Source: Eledone cirrhosa (lineage: Eukaryota). Taken from it: a stretch of 64,000 nucleotides of DNA. Numbering within the stretch: position 1 is the first letter of the stretch; the number at the start of each line of letters is the position of its first letter. The DNA lies in assembly GCA_964016885.1 (NCBI GenBank), contig OZ024742.1, positions 126,666,001-126,730,000 on the forward strand. Reading direction: 5' to 3'. Both the position numbers and the translations under genes were made by a program. Below the pieces are notes generated by a model that saw only the letters and a program-made list of their open reading frames with translations, made no database searches and was not told the origin of the DNA. Of this stretch, positions 1-16,604 are shown piece after piece.

Positions 1-4021
<4,021 letters not shown>

Positions 4022-4048
4022 AATATAAGATCAAAAGATGGTTACAAG

Positions 4049-4236
4049 AGTTCCGGATTGGCAGTACCGGTAGAGGGTCGGATGCCATGCTTTGACGCAT
4101 AGAGTTACGGCCCTTGCAATTCTGAGTTCAAATCCTGCCGAGGTTAACTTTGCCTTTCATCCTTACGGGGTCGATAAAATAAAGTACCAGTAATACACTG
4201 GGTGATTGCTGGCCTTGTGCCAAAAGTAGAAACAAT
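4049..4236 (+). mobile_element. tRNA-derived SINE, family A (representative copy)
   Basis: A-box-like TGGCAGTACCGG, B-box GAGTTCAAATCC, body CTTTGCCTTTCATCCTTACGGGGTCGATAAAATAAAGTACCAG, end GGCCTTGTGCCAAAAGTAGAAACAATT; more than 25 related copies in the window. Confidence 0.9.
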
Positions 4237-5150
4237 TTATATATATATATATGTGTACACACATTACACACACACACACACATACATACATACATATATA
4301 TTTAAGAGCGAGAGAAAGAAGTGGTGGACGGGGAATATGACTATTAAATAATTTGTATCTCGATTGCACAAAACTTTTCAACACACACACACACACTCTC
4401 AGACACACCCCAACACACGTTAACGCGCGTTATGTATTTTAAAGTAACCTAAACCCGGAAGAGAAAAGGGTAGAAATAAAATATGTGAAGTAATTTAATC
4501 TCGGATTACACTGTCTCTATATTATGTTTTACTGATATCTACTATGAGTAAATTTTATAGAACAAACACGGAGTGTTTATACTATCTAGAAATAGAAGCC
4601 AAATCTCCCTCAAATGAAACCCTGTCGATTTTAAATATATATAACCATACTGAATAATGTAATCATGGATATTCAAACAAGACGGAATGGTCATGGAAGG
4701 AATGACTTTGATTGCAGCTGATCTAGAAATAGTAGTTAAATCTTCCGCGAAATAACACCCACCGTTTTGTTTAAAATTTTAAAACCACGAAATTTAGTAA
4801 AGTAATCCTTGATACATTTAAACAAGACTGGAATGTTTCTGAACATGGTGGATGTAGAAGGGCAGAGAGGACAGGGGTGGGGGTACATCAAAACATTAAC
4901 AACAAGAACAATTTCAAAGAGTATAATCTTGTTTCATACCGTGTCTCATAGTGTATTCCGTCTGTCGTCTTACTATAAACGTGTAGTTGTTATGTTGATA
5001 ATGTCAAGGAAAACGATGATGATGATGTGAGCATCAAGCGGATAACTATGAGATTCTTTGAACACACTGTCATATGTTACGTTTGTGTATTTGTGCGTGC
5101 ATAAATAAATAAATATATATATATATATATATATAAGTGTGGGTGGGTGG

Positions 5151-5202
<52 letters not shown>

Positions 5203-5252
5203 ATGTATAAACAGAAAGTCCGCGAGAGCACTCTACAGCTTGGCTTTGAATC

Positions 5253-5267
5253 TGACGTCACTTCCTG
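5253..5267 (-). promoter_or_regulatory. Composite ETS-CRE motif (CAGGAAGTGACGTCA)
   Basis: Palindromic TGACGTCA abutting CTTCCTG in a short non-repetitive island; no linked gene seen. Confidence 0.25.
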
Positions 5268-5927
5268 CGTTAATGACCTCCTCAGCAAAAATATATCCTC
5301 TTACACATACACTCACACAATCCCAAGTAAACTCCTGCATACACATCGCACGCATTCTCATACTTAGTTTTTATAAAGAAAATATACATAGACACACATA
5401 CACATACACAAACACATTCACTCACAGAACCACGTACGTTCATGAGAACGTTGATTAAAAATTGCTTCACAAAACCCGGATATATTTTGCCCTAGATCAT
5501 ATTTTTCGTGACCTAATCCGTTCTTTTACAAAACACTCGGATTGTCGATATTTATTTACTTTACGATATTCATCACTGTAGTAGTAGTAGTAGTAGTAGT
5601 AGTAATAGTCTTTAGAAGACCCCACCCCCACCCACCCACCCATAAAAAAGACGTGCAGTAGAATTTTCAAGCTATGGTTTAAGAAGTGGAAGAAATATAC
5701 ATCCAAAAAATGTCACACCGTTCTCTTACTTTCTTCTCTATTTCTTTCTCCCTCTCCCCCTCTCACTATTTGGCTGTCTGTCTGTCTATATTGCCCCCCC
5801 CCCTCTCCCTCTTTGAACCCTTTTGTCATCATTTACTCACTTTCTTTGGTAACTCCACTTCATAGTAGAAAGTATTGTCATAGTATTGTCATATCTGGGC
5901 TTCATTTACATATATTCCCATATCACA

Positions 5928-6128
5928 GGTCTCTTAGCTCAATGGCTAGAGCACTCAGTGGATAACTGAGAGATACGAAGTTCGATCCCTCTTAACGGTC
6001 GCTAGCAATTTCTTTCGACTGCTGGTCTTCCATAAACAACCATGCCTGGACTTGTGTCCCGGAGGGGAACTTACTAGGTGCAAATCCTATGGTTATTTGT
6101 GACCGAAGGAGGTCTTTACTCTTTACTC
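5928..6128 (+). mobile_element. tRNA-headed SINE (separate family)
   Basis: GGTCTCTTAGCTCAATGGCTAGAGCA A-box, GTTCGATCC B-box, ends in short CTTTACT repeats. Confidence 0.65.
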
Positions 6129-7029
6129 TATATTTCAATCTGACGAATTGGCAGAGTCGTTAGAGCGTCAGGTTAAATAAACCTCGATGTTTGTTTCGAC
6201 TTACTGCATTCTCAGTTCAAATCTCGTTGATGTCAGCTTTGTTTCTCATCCTTTCGTGGTCGATAAATAAACAACCAATGCAGTCGATTGTTTTTTTTAT
6301 CTTTCTTTCTCTGATAGAAATCGGATTTGTTTCGACCTGGAGAGGGATGGGTTCCGTCGGATTTAAAGATACCCAAGATACAACGTGTGCTAGGACGATC
6401 TCCCTACGATTCTGTCAGGAGTTAAGGGGCCTTTATTTCTACTCCTCCCAGTGATATGCTGTGTAACTGTGGGTCGATGCATAACACGTTTTGTACTTCG
6501 ATTCCTTTTGCGTAAAAATAAGTTTATTTGTGTGTGTTGATTAGATGCTCAAGTGAATCTTTACATAGAACTGGTCTGTTGAGGAGGGTAACTAGAACAC
6601 CAACACAGAAAAAAGAAATGTGCAGATGAACTCCTTAGTGTCAACGGCCATCTACCCCAACTATAGGTTAAATAACCTCACTAACCCGCAACTGGTCAAG
6701 TGTGGTGACATGACCAAAACCGAAAGCGGTGGAGGATAACCAAGCAGAGGTTCATCTAACAGCTGTGAGAAGGCCCTGGATTAGATTTGACTGGTGTGTG
6801 TACATAGATGCGTATACAAATTTCTGTTAAAATCTATGAACTGCCGCCAGTTTCAATGATTAGTGTTGAAGTTGTGCTGTCAACGGTACTGCATACTTGT
6901 TAAACTAATGCGTAAAGGGTCATCTATTTCCCTGATACTCATCGCGTTAATGCAGGGAAATTCTGCGTGACACAAATTCAGTCCATTTAATTTGTTCTCC
7001 AAATAGTTTCAGTATATCAAATTTCGTGC

Positions 7030-7570
7030 CGTGCTGCGACTCGTTCTCTGCCTCCAACCTTGTCGCTTCGGTCACAAACTTCGGTCTACCGCAATGTAGA
7101 GAAGGCGCATGGCTTAGTCGTTAGAGTATTGGGCTTGCAATCGAAAGGTTGTGAGCTCAATTCTCGAACCGGGTGATGTGTTGTTTCCCTGAGCAAGACA
7201 CTTTATTTCACGTTGCTCCAGTTTACTCAGCTGTAGAAATGAGATGATAGGACTGGGGTTCCTATCATTAAATTACCCAAGACACCTCCAACGAGATATA
7301 CCTTGGAGGAGGCCAGCTAAACCGGCATAGGTGTAAGCTTTCACACACACACACACACACAATAATGTAGAGAAGGCGATAACTAAATACTAGTGTCTGA
7401 AAGACCTCTTTGTACCGTTCTCCGCTAAGACCTCTGGTGTCCTTGATCCCCACACTGCTGATTTACTCCGTAAAATTGAGGAAGTAGCCCCGTGAGGTGG
7501 GGTGGTTGTTGCAGCGGGTGTTTGGCCATTCTCCATGGTAATACCTTTGCCATTTTGTCCGTGGGGTGGA
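7030..7570 (+). pseudogene. CRE-like non-LTR restriction-like endonuclease C-terminal fragment, split by a SINE
   Basis: Translates to CCDSFSASNL... then VPFSAKTSGVLDPHTADLLRKI...PREVGWLLQRV/LAILHGNTFAILSVG, similar to the 53024-53540 peptide; stop and frameshifts. Confidence 0.75.
7104..7363 (+). mobile_element. Full-length tRNA-derived SINE, family B, with target-site duplication
   Basis: GGCGCATGGCTTAGTCGTTAGAG head, CORE-like CCTGAGCAAGACACTT, (CA)n tail; AATGTAGAGAAGGCG at 7093-7107 and 7364-7378. Confidence 0.9.
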
Positions 7571-8074
7571 ACTGGGGCACAGCTGAGACTGGGGTGTAGT
7601 GTCTGTTTCTCACCCCCTCTCTTTCTTTCATTGCTTGATTCTTTTTTTCTTTTTCTGCTTTTCATTTCCGTTTTTTTTTTGTTTTAATAATGTGTAATAT
7701 TTTTGTATAAACAGTTTTATTCTTGTAAAGAAAAAACAACAGAAAAAAACCCCTTGGTAGATGTGAGGCTGAGGTAAAAGACATTCGCTCAATAGTGTCA
7801 CACAGTGAGACCGAACGTAAAACCAATATGCTTGTAAAACGAAGTTCTTAATCAATTGGGCATGATCCATACATACAACTATATTTACAAACATATAAGT
7901 GTTAGTGCATATATATATATGTTGATGAGGACTTATATCGGTGTGTACGTGAGTGCTGATGTGAGCGGCATCAAGTACGCATGTGGCTGTGCACGAGCAT
8001 GTATGGCTATATATAAGGATTTGTATGCATCTACGCATTTTGAGAATGCATGTTCACTCATATATATATTTCCA

Positions 8075-8075
<1 letters not shown>

Positions 8076-8147
<72 letters not shown>

Positions 8148-8295
8148 ACACACACACATACATACACACACACAACACACACATGCACATATGTATGCGC
8201 ATACATATGTATACACATACACATACATATATGTATACACACACGTACATATATATATATACATGCACGTGTGTACATACACACGTATATACTCA
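8076..8295. repeat. (CA)n / (TACA)n microsatellite
   Basis: Direct reading. Confidence 0.95.
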
Positions 8296-9127
8296 TACAC
8301 TGGGTTCTAGTTTTTATCTTTTATTATCAAGTTTCTTTCCATATTTTCGTATATCTTTCTCTCCAGATTGTTCCGGATACTGTAGTTCTGAAACCCATCA
8401 TCAAAGTTTCCAAACCTTCACAGTCTCATTTACTGTATGAAGTGAAGTGGTCGTGTAATGAGTACAACTAGGTAGAAAATTCGGTTCACTAAGAGCCTGT
8501 CTTTTTCATATTACGGTGGCTTCTCTGATTTACAAATAACCATATCCTCTACCGCTAAAAGAGCAAGTAATGGAAGTAGAAGAAAGAACTACCTAGTAGC
8601 AAATAAATGATTGAATAAATAAATAAAAATTAAAATAATAATGTTAATAATATAAGAAAAAGTACTCTAAGAAAGACAAGTAAGGTCGATAAACATCAAA
8701 TGGTTTTGTTATGAAACATATATAAAAAGACATTGGAGGAAAAACGGAAGGAAAGTTTCCTTTGGTTAGGTTTTCAGTGTTTATTAAAATTTCAATTTCC
8801 TATCTTCAATTGATTCAAGTTGAAAGGCTAAATGTATTTATTTATAAGCTACTCATTAATATTAAACGTTCATTATTCAAAAACGTATTATGTATTTGCT
8901 TGACTACACGATAGAATATGGGAATACATAATTGGGATACTGCATGCCATTACACAATTTTTCCTGGCGCAGTATCAAGGGACTATGCTTTTCTTTCAAC
9001 TATGAACGACCCCTTGGGGATATCTCTGTAGTAATGGTTGTTCTAAAACAATGTATTCGGTGACTGAACATCAAAAATCTTCTACACGAACTTTTCATGT
9101 TAGTTTCAAGTAAAAGTATGCCAATGA

Positions 9128-9400
9128 AATGGACCTCCACCGGTTTCGATGATGAGTGTTTCAGTTGTTCGATCAATGGAACAGCCTGCTCATGAAATTA
9201 ACGTGTAAGTGGCTGAGCATTTCACAAACACGTGTACACTTAACGTAATTCTCAAGGATATGCAGCATGACATAGTGTGTGAACCGGCTGATCCTTTGAA
9301 CTACAGATACAGTCCAATTGGCGGGTTTCCGTCAACATAATTTGACTCAAAAGGCAAGGGTATACCCGAGTCTGTGGTATCTGATACTTAACCAAGAAAT
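9128..9400 (-). mobile_element. SINE family C fragment
   Basis: GGAACAGCCTGCTCATGAAATTAACGTG...GTGGCTGAGCA block shared with 28660-28990, 44500-44680 and (reverse complement) 62970-63140. Confidence 0.75.
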
Positions 9401-9503
9401 CGCACATTGATTTTGTGACGCTTTTATGTATACAAACTTAAGATAAGCAACTTTAAACTGTCTGTGTGTGGGGGTGGGGGTGTGTGTGTGTGTGTATGTG
9501 TGT

Positions 9504-9542
<39 letters not shown>

Positions 9543-9604
9543 TGTGAGTGTTTGTGTGTGTGTGCTTTTCTGTATGTATGCGTAAATATGTACGAGTATA
9601 TGTG

Positions 9605-9745
9605 TAAGGAATAGATTTATTTCTATTTTTACAACATGGCTACATTGATTTCAACATAGCAGTTATTCGTTAAGCTTTATTCATCAGTGCTTACTTGAAA
9701 CACTGTGACTATGTTGTAAAACTTTGAATAAATTTATTTATACAG
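9605..9745 (-). mobile_element. Diverged fold-back element with degenerate hammerhead
   Basis: Imperfect inverted arms (about 9608-9654 / 9695-9742); minus strand CTGATGA (9681-9687)...GAAA TCAATG TA; stem I poor. Confidence 0.5.
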
Positions 9746-9815
9746 TAATATTGAATTCTTTTCGACTTGTACATTACATACAACGATTACAACACCAGAA
9801 ACCTATATATATATA

Positions 9816-9899
9816 TAGCAGCTGTTTTCAGGTTATGTAACTGTTATAGAAACACGTGTCAATAAATTCCTTTTAACTAAACTGTATCCATTCAAATTT

Positions 9900-9902
<3 letters not shown>
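9816..9902 (+). mobile_element. 5'-truncated hammerhead-bearing terminus between (TA)n tracts
   Basis: TAGCAG...CTGTTA stem followed by GAAA CACGTG TC; CUGANGA half is missing. Confidence 0.5.
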
Positions 9903-9957
<55 letters not shown>

Positions 9958-9962
<5 letters not shown>

Positions 9963-10138
9963 GAGTCAAAATATAATATATGATATGAATAAGATCTCAA
10001 CACAAGTGCATACTACCTAAGGTTTCAAACTCCATCCACCATAGTACATAGACATAGCTGCAACTTTAGTTATCTTCCGGCAAAACCAAAGTGACTGATG
10101 TTTGAAACCCTAAGTAGTATGGATTTATGTTGAGAACT

Positions 10139-10142
<4 letters not shown>
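9958..10142 (-). mobile_element. Fold-back element with degenerate hammerhead
   Basis: Inverted arms 9988-10030 / 10100-10142 between (TA)n tracts; minus strand CGGAAGA-AACT...AGTT-GAAA CCTTAGG TA. Confidence 0.55.
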
Positions 10143-10226
<84 letters not shown>

Positions 10227-10229
<3 letters not shown>

Positions 10230-10537
10230 GTAGGAGGTGAGTTTTATTGTAGTACAATAAAGCAATGCAGATATCGGATAAGAAGCACTCTACAGTTTGT
10301 GGGACTGGAGTATACATAATATATAAGAACAAAAGATGGTTAAAGGAGTTCCATGTATTTTATTATGCGCATTTCAAATGTTGATTTAAAACTGAACTAT
10401 CCACAAGTGTTTTTTAGCCTTCATATCATGTCCTCCTGTTTTATCTGATGAAAACACAAATATTATTGCATGATGATATTTGTTTTTGAAATGCGCATAA
10501 TAAAATACATGGAACTCCTTTAACCATCTTTTGTTCT

Positions 10538-10547
<10 letters not shown>
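10227..10547. mobile_element. Asymmetric fold-back element (Penelope-like terminus) in (TA)n
   Basis: About 63-bp inverted arms 10316-10378 / 10485-10547, left arm extended to 10227, (TA)n on both sides. Confidence 0.8.
10439..10505 (+). ncRNA. Minimal type I hammerhead ribozyme
   Basis: TTTTAT-CTGATGA-stem II (ACAAATATTAT/ATGATATTTGT)-GAAA-TGCGCA-TA-ATAAAA; core intact, stem III palindromic. Confidence 0.8.
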
Positions 10548-10621
<74 letters not shown>

Positions 10622-10656
10622 TGTACCGATTGTGTTGTTATTTCTGTTTACCTTTT

Positions 10657-10690
<34 letters not shown>

Positions 10691-10711
10691 CTTTTACATA
10701 TATATATATAT

Positions 10712-10931
10712 AAGGTAAACAGAAATAACAACACAATCAGTACAGTATATGGAAGGGATATATTAGGTTAACGCTTGATATAGCAGGAAGAGGGTTTAAC
10801 GTTTCGGACGCGAGTCCTTCATCAGAAGAAAGAAGAAACGTTAAGACCCTCTTCCTGCTATATCAAGCGTTAACCTAATATATCCCTTCCATATATACTG
10901 TACCGACTGTGTTGTTATTTATGTTTACCTT
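10712..10931. mobile_element. Fold-back element in (TA)n
   Basis: Inverted arms 10712-10805 / 10835-10931; an extra copy of the terminus at 10619-10655. Confidence 0.8.
10795..10830 (-). ncRNA. Minimal hammerhead ribozyme
   Basis: Minus strand TCTT-CTGATGA-A-GGAC(TCGC)GTCC-GAAACGTTAAA; AACGTT palindrome; stem I weak. Confidence 0.65.
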
Positions 10932-11117
10932 TTACATACATACATACATATACATATATATATATATCTCAACGGTTACGTGGACCTCTCAAAATTCGTT
11001 GGATTTTCACCCCGAAACTGGATACCAACCCTGAGTACACCTGAACTTCCACCAGGAAATCTTTCGTATCATTGACATTTTCTTTGCTTCTTATATATAT
11101 ATATATATATATATATA

Positions 11118-11210
11118 TAGGAAAATGTTCAAGACCCACTCTACTACTTTAAGTATTGAGTACTCTGGTGCGTTATGGTCCACCTGGTTCCTTACCACAC
11201 TTCCTTCGTT
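11118..11210 (+). mobile_element. 3' end of the 34869/60052 fold-back family
   Basis: ACCCACTCTACTAC...CTTCCTTCGTT joined to (AT)n; reverse complement of the start of 34869; TAGGAA remnant of short arm. Confidence 0.8.
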
Positions 11211-11629
11211 ATATATATATATACATATATATTATGGCTTGCATTCGAATTGATTGATCAACATATATTGAAACGACCTCACCAGTTATGTTGAGCTCAG
11301 TGTATAACCGAAGGAGAACAGCAAACTTGTGGACAAATAAGATGGAACTTACCTACAATAGAAGAAAAGGAAAATTGAAAAGTAATGATTCATTAAGTTG
11401 ATAAATACGTACACACATATATATACATTTATAATGGGTAAATGATGAGCCTTGTTACTCACCACATAGCCGTAATATTTAAGCTCTATTTCGATATTAA
11501 CTACTCATTCTCAGGTCTGTCAATAATACACGGACATACGTCCCAACTACTCGTAGGTGGCAGAGCACTTGAGTGTCTGCGAGTCCTTCTGGTTAGAACA
11601 ATGGAGGGACATTGAATTACCCATTCGTA

Positions 11630-12366
<737 letters not shown>

Positions 12367-12391
12367 CATAGTGGATATATATATAATATAG

Positions 12392-12540
12392 TGGCAGTAT
12401 TATCGTTAGAGGGTCGGACTCCATTCTGAGTTCAAATCCCGCCAAAGTTAACTTTGCCATTCATTCTTACGGGGTCGATAAAATAAAGTACCAGTAATGC
12501 ACTGGGTAATTGTCAATTTGTGCCAAAAGTAGAAACAATT
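12392..12540 (+). mobile_element. SINE family A, internally deleted
   Basis: Same head, B-box and 3' end as 4049-4236. Confidence 0.85.
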
Positions 12541-12588
12541 ATATATATATATAATATATAACAATTATATATATATATAATATATAAC

Positions 12589-12666
<78 letters not shown>

Positions 12667-12670
<4 letters not shown>

Positions 12671-12954
12671 TCAATTTATATTCCAATATCCCACACAACC
12701 TAGGTATAGAGGCAATACAATTCTGGCTTGAAAATTTCCCTAGTGAACTCCCACAGCGTATCCCTAAAGAATTTGTGTTGGAGGGACTCAAATTTATCTT
12801 GGAAAACAATTTCTTCGAATTCAATGCCAAATACTACAGACAGAAATCTGGGACTGCCATGACAATGTTTGCCTCCATCATGGATCAACTAAGCATTCTT
12901 GCTATATTAACACATTTTGATCTGCTTATCTTCAAGAACTATGCCTGTAAATAA
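12667..12954 (+). pseudogene. Penelope-like reverse transcriptase fragment (not in the ORF track)
   Basis: Frame from 12667 reads NLYSNIPHNLGIEAIQFWLENF...LKFILENNFFEFNAKYYRQKSGTAM, matching the PLE RT pattern LY(T/S)NIPH...NN.F.F....Y.Q..GTAMG; starts directly at a (TA)n tract, similarity ends about 12861. Confidence 0.85.
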
Positions 12955-13117
12955 CATTATTTTTTCTTTCACATTGCCTTATTATGCTCCACATTACGCC
13001 CTCTTTTTTTCTTTTTTCTTTTCACTTCATAAACCTTGTTTGTAAATAATATTATTCTTTCTGCACCATTTCTTTAACATGTCCAACAGCACCATTCTAC
13101 ACCAAGACATATTATTA

Positions 13118-13156
13118 TCATTTGATAATGCATAAAAATGCTGAAACCGGTAATAG
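13118..13156 (+). ncRNA. Degenerate hammerhead downstream of the PLE RT fragment
   Basis: TTGATAA-T-GCAT(AAAA)ATGC-T-GAAA-CCGG-TA; two core substitutions. Confidence 0.45.
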
Positions 13157-13348
13157 ACAATTATTAAATATATAAATAGATAAGTAGATGCAATTGTCAA
13201 TTAATAAATAAATCAACTAATACATTAACACTTAACACAAAGTAAAATATTTCGTTTTAATCATTTTCTAACCCAGAAAAAAGAGAGAAAAATATAAAAA
13301 GGGAAAAAAAAAAATTTTTCTTCCTAATAATCGTCTTTTTCTCCCTGT

Positions 13349-13422
<74 letters not shown>

Positions 13423-13854
13423 GACGGGCTTTTGTTGCATCCATGCATCAAATTCCACACTCGTGGTATTGGTCAACCCATGGCCACAGTAAAAGAAACT
13501 GTGCTGGAAAACCAAAATATTTCATTTATACTGAAACGTTTACGAATGTTTTCGTATTCGATTTATCGGGAGAGAGGCGTGTATCGTGTGTGAAAATATC
13601 GAACAGAAAGAAGAATATTCTTCCTAAAATATATTCAAAATGATTCCTGGATATTTGCCGAAGAAAACTGAAACAGAAGATTGTCTTTAATTATGCATTA
13701 ATGAATTGCCTTCTCTTGTTTTTGTTGTTACTTCTATTTCTATTGCAATATATTCTCTCTATATGGTATTCATTAAAGTTGGGATCGTTTCCAACAATAT
13801 TATTGACAGTTTCTCTCATATGATGTCTCGAAGAGACGTCTGAACTGTTGATTT

Positions 13855-14590
13855 GATGGTGGTGGTGGTGGTGGTGGTGATAGGGGTTGTGGTGGTGGTA
13901 GTAGTGGTGGATGTAGTAGTGGTGGTGGAGGTGGTGGTGATTGTTGTGGTGGTGGTAGTAGTGGTGGTGGAGGTGGTGGTGGTAGTGGCTGTGGTGGTAG
14001 TGGTAGTAGTGGTTGTGGTAGTGGTGGTGGTGGGGGTGATGGTAGTGGTGGTAGTAGTGGTGGTGGTAATAGTAATGGTGGTGGTGGTGGTTGTGGTGAT
14101 GGTGGTGGTGATGGTGGTGGTGATTTTAGTGGTGGTGGTGGTGGTGATCGGTTGGTGGTGATTGGTTGGTGGTGGTGGTTGTGATGCTGGTGGTAGTGAT
14201 GGTGGTGGTGGTGGTGGTGGTGGCGGCGGTAGTGAAGGTCGCGGTAGTGATAATAGTGGTTGTGGTGATAGTAATGGTTGTTGTGGTGGTGGTCGTGGTA
14301 GTGGTTTTGGTGGTGGTGGTGGTGGTGATAGTAGTAGTGAAGGTGGTGTTGGTGATAGTTGTGATGGTGGTGGTGGTGTTAGTAGTGGTGGTGGTGATAG
14401 TAGTGGTGGTGGTAGCGATAGTGGTGGTGGTTGTGGTGGTGATAGTAGTGGTGGTGGTGGTGGTGGTGATACTAGTGGTGGTGGTTGTGGTGATAGTACT
14501 GGTGGTTGTGATGGCGATAGTAGTGGTGGTGATATTAGAGGTGGTGGGGGTGATAGTAATGGTGGTCGTGTTTGAGGTGGTTGCTGGTAG
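13855..14590. repeat. Degenerate (GGT)n/(AGT)n trinucleotide tract
   Basis: Direct reading. Confidence 0.95.
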
Positions 14591-14805
14591 TGGTGTCAGA
14601 GTGTGTGTGATTATTCATAAGTATGAAGTGTCGAGAGCATATAGTATGCGTATTTGAATGTGTGCGTGTGTGTGTGTTTGTGAGCATTATTCTGAAATGG
14701 ACATTCTAAATTGCATATAATTAGCGTTCATGTTGGTAATTAGTTAAGCTATATAGGATGTTCATTTCAGATGCATGTTTCCTTGTGATTGATGGAATCA
14801 TATAC

Positions 14806-14854
14806 ACATATTCTGGTGAGGGTCCAATAAGATTTGAAAATCGATTAAATATGT
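14806..14854 (+). ncRNA. Minimal hammerhead with one core substitution
   Basis: ACATATT-CTGGTGA-GGGTC(CAATAA)GATTT-GAAA-ATCGAT-TA-AATATGT; 7-bp stem I, A6 replaced by G. Confidence 0.7.
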
Positions 14855-14954
14855 TTGTCATATTTTTTCAATTTACAGGGAAATTCGTATTTTCTGGCAT
14901 GTTTAAAAGCCTACATATTAAATACTTAAACACACACACACACACACATATATG

Positions 14955-15115
14955 CATGCGCGTGGCTGAGTGATTAGAGTATTGTGAGGTTGTGAGTTCG
15001 ATTCCCGGACCGGTTGATGCGTTATGTTCTTGAGCAAGACACTCTATTTCACGTTGCTCCTTCTACGTGGAGTTGCGACCGGTAGGCAGTATTAGTAATT
15101 GTAAAGACCAATGGT
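14955..15115 (+). mobile_element. SINE family B
   Basis: GCGCGTGGCTGAGTG head, GAGTTCGATTCCCGG B-box, CTTGAGCAAGACACT body. Confidence 0.85.
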
Positions 15116-15184
15116 CCGATGCGCGTGCGCATGTGTGTTTGTGTACATGTTTGTTTGTGTGAGTGTGTATTATATATATATATA

Positions 15185-15231
<47 letters not shown>

Positions 15232-15271
15232 ACAGGAGGCTGGACTGGTGTAAATCCTTGAAAGGTTTATT

Positions 15272-15329
15272 ATACTATGATCATTTCAATGACCGGGTTC
15301 GGTATGAATCCGGTGATATCATCAGGTAT
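15272..15329 (-). ncRNA. Minimal type I hammerhead ribozyme
   Basis: Minus strand ATAC-CTGATGA-stem II (ACCGGATTC/GAACCCGGT)-GAAA-TGATCA-TA-GTAT; element 3' end joins (TA)n at about 15227. Confidence 0.8.
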
Positions 15330-15409
15330 TTGAAATATAACAAGGGAATATAACATGGGGCTGAAAATCAGAGACAAGAGGACGACCGACTATTTAGCAG
15401 CTTCTTCCT

Positions 15410-15536
15410 CATCGCCTTGGTTTAGTTCACATCAATCTGAATACTTTTTTTTAAAGTCTGTCACTTATTATTTTCAATCTCTTTTTGTCGAACCGCTAGA
15501 CATAAACAGATATACATAATTAAAATAGATTGCTTG

Positions 15537-15570
<34 letters not shown>

Positions 15571-15704
15571 AGTAATCTATTTTAATTATGATTATGTATA
15601 TCTGTTTATGTCTAGCGGTTCGACAAAAAGAGATTGAAAAAAATAAGTGACAGACTTTAAAAAAAAGTATTCAGATTGATGTGAACAACTAAATCAAGGC
15701 GATG
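15410..15704. repeat. About 130-bp inverted duplication across a (TA)n(CA)n spacer
   Basis: 15410-15537 is a near reverse complement of 15568-15704. Confidence 0.9.
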
Positions 15705-16152
15705 CCCCAGCATGGCAGCTATCTGATAGCAGAAACTAATAAAAAAAAACCCAACAAAAACAAACAAACGAATGAAGGAAAAACAATACCTACTAGAGAC
15801 CACTAAAACTACATATTTGTTTATCTATAATATATACAGCCTTGTCATCATATATATACTCTCCAACAGGCTGGTTATACATCAATCAGGCAATAATGCC
15901 TTCTAGATGAACAGAAATCATCATGGAAGTGGATGTAGGGTATATACAGAGTTTGAAGAGAACAGATGAAAAGCAACGATCTAACACAGCACATTGCTGG
16001 ATATTAGAAACACAGTTACATAAACAAGAAACAGCCACTATAATATGGCAATAAATAAATATATATATATATCTATGTACACATACATACACACACAGAC
16101 ACACGCAGTCACACATACACATATATGTATGCATGTTTGTATATCCATATAT

Positions 16153-16254
16153 CAAGGGTGTCCCCCTAAAATGTATACACACTTCAACAGCATTCTAATA
16201 AATATTGCCTGTATAGGTAAATAAAGTCTGTATACATTTTTGGGGGACACCCAG
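16153..16254. mobile_element. Tc1/mariner-type MITE
   Basis: Inverted termini GGGTGTCCCCCTAAAATGTATACA / TGTATACATTTTTGGGGGACACCC in TA context. Confidence 0.75.
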
Positions 16255-16347
16255 TATATGTATATATGTATGTAAACTCCACCACATATATATATATATA
16301 TATTATTCAAAATGTTAATAAATGAAAAATATTCTCATAATCAAAAT

Positions 16348-16415
16348 ATATATTTTATTATACATATTTCAAAGGTACAATGGTGTTTAAGTACGTTTTC
16401 ATCAGACAAAATATA
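16348..16415 (-). ncRNA. Minimal hammerhead ribozyme (mirror copy)
   Basis: Reverse complement of 16536-16604 with few changes; TCATCAG at 16399-16405. Confidence 0.75.
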
Positions 16416-16535
16416 AGATTTGATATGTGACATACCGCTACGGTTTTGATTATTCAATTCCAGTACTGGCAGTCAATACTTGAATTGAATAATCAAAACC
16501 GTAGCGGCATGTCACATATCAAATCATATCAAATC

Positions 16536-16604
16536 ATATATTTTGTCTGATGAAAACGTAATTAAACACCATTGTACCTTTGAAATATGTATAATAAAAT
16601 ATAT
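16536..16604 (+). ncRNA. Minimal type I hammerhead ribozyme
   Basis: ATATATTTTGT-CTGATGA-AAACGTA...TACCTTT-GAAA-TATGTA-TA-ATAAAATATAT; 11-bp stem I. Confidence 0.8.

Noticed and set aside
5928-6000. Functional tRNA gene
   Set aside because: A and B boxes are present but I cannot fold an acceptor stem, and it continues into a SINE-like body
13853-14657. Poly-Val and Gly/Ser-rich ORFs
   Set aside because: Degenerate (GGT)n tract; open in several frames, no unique domain
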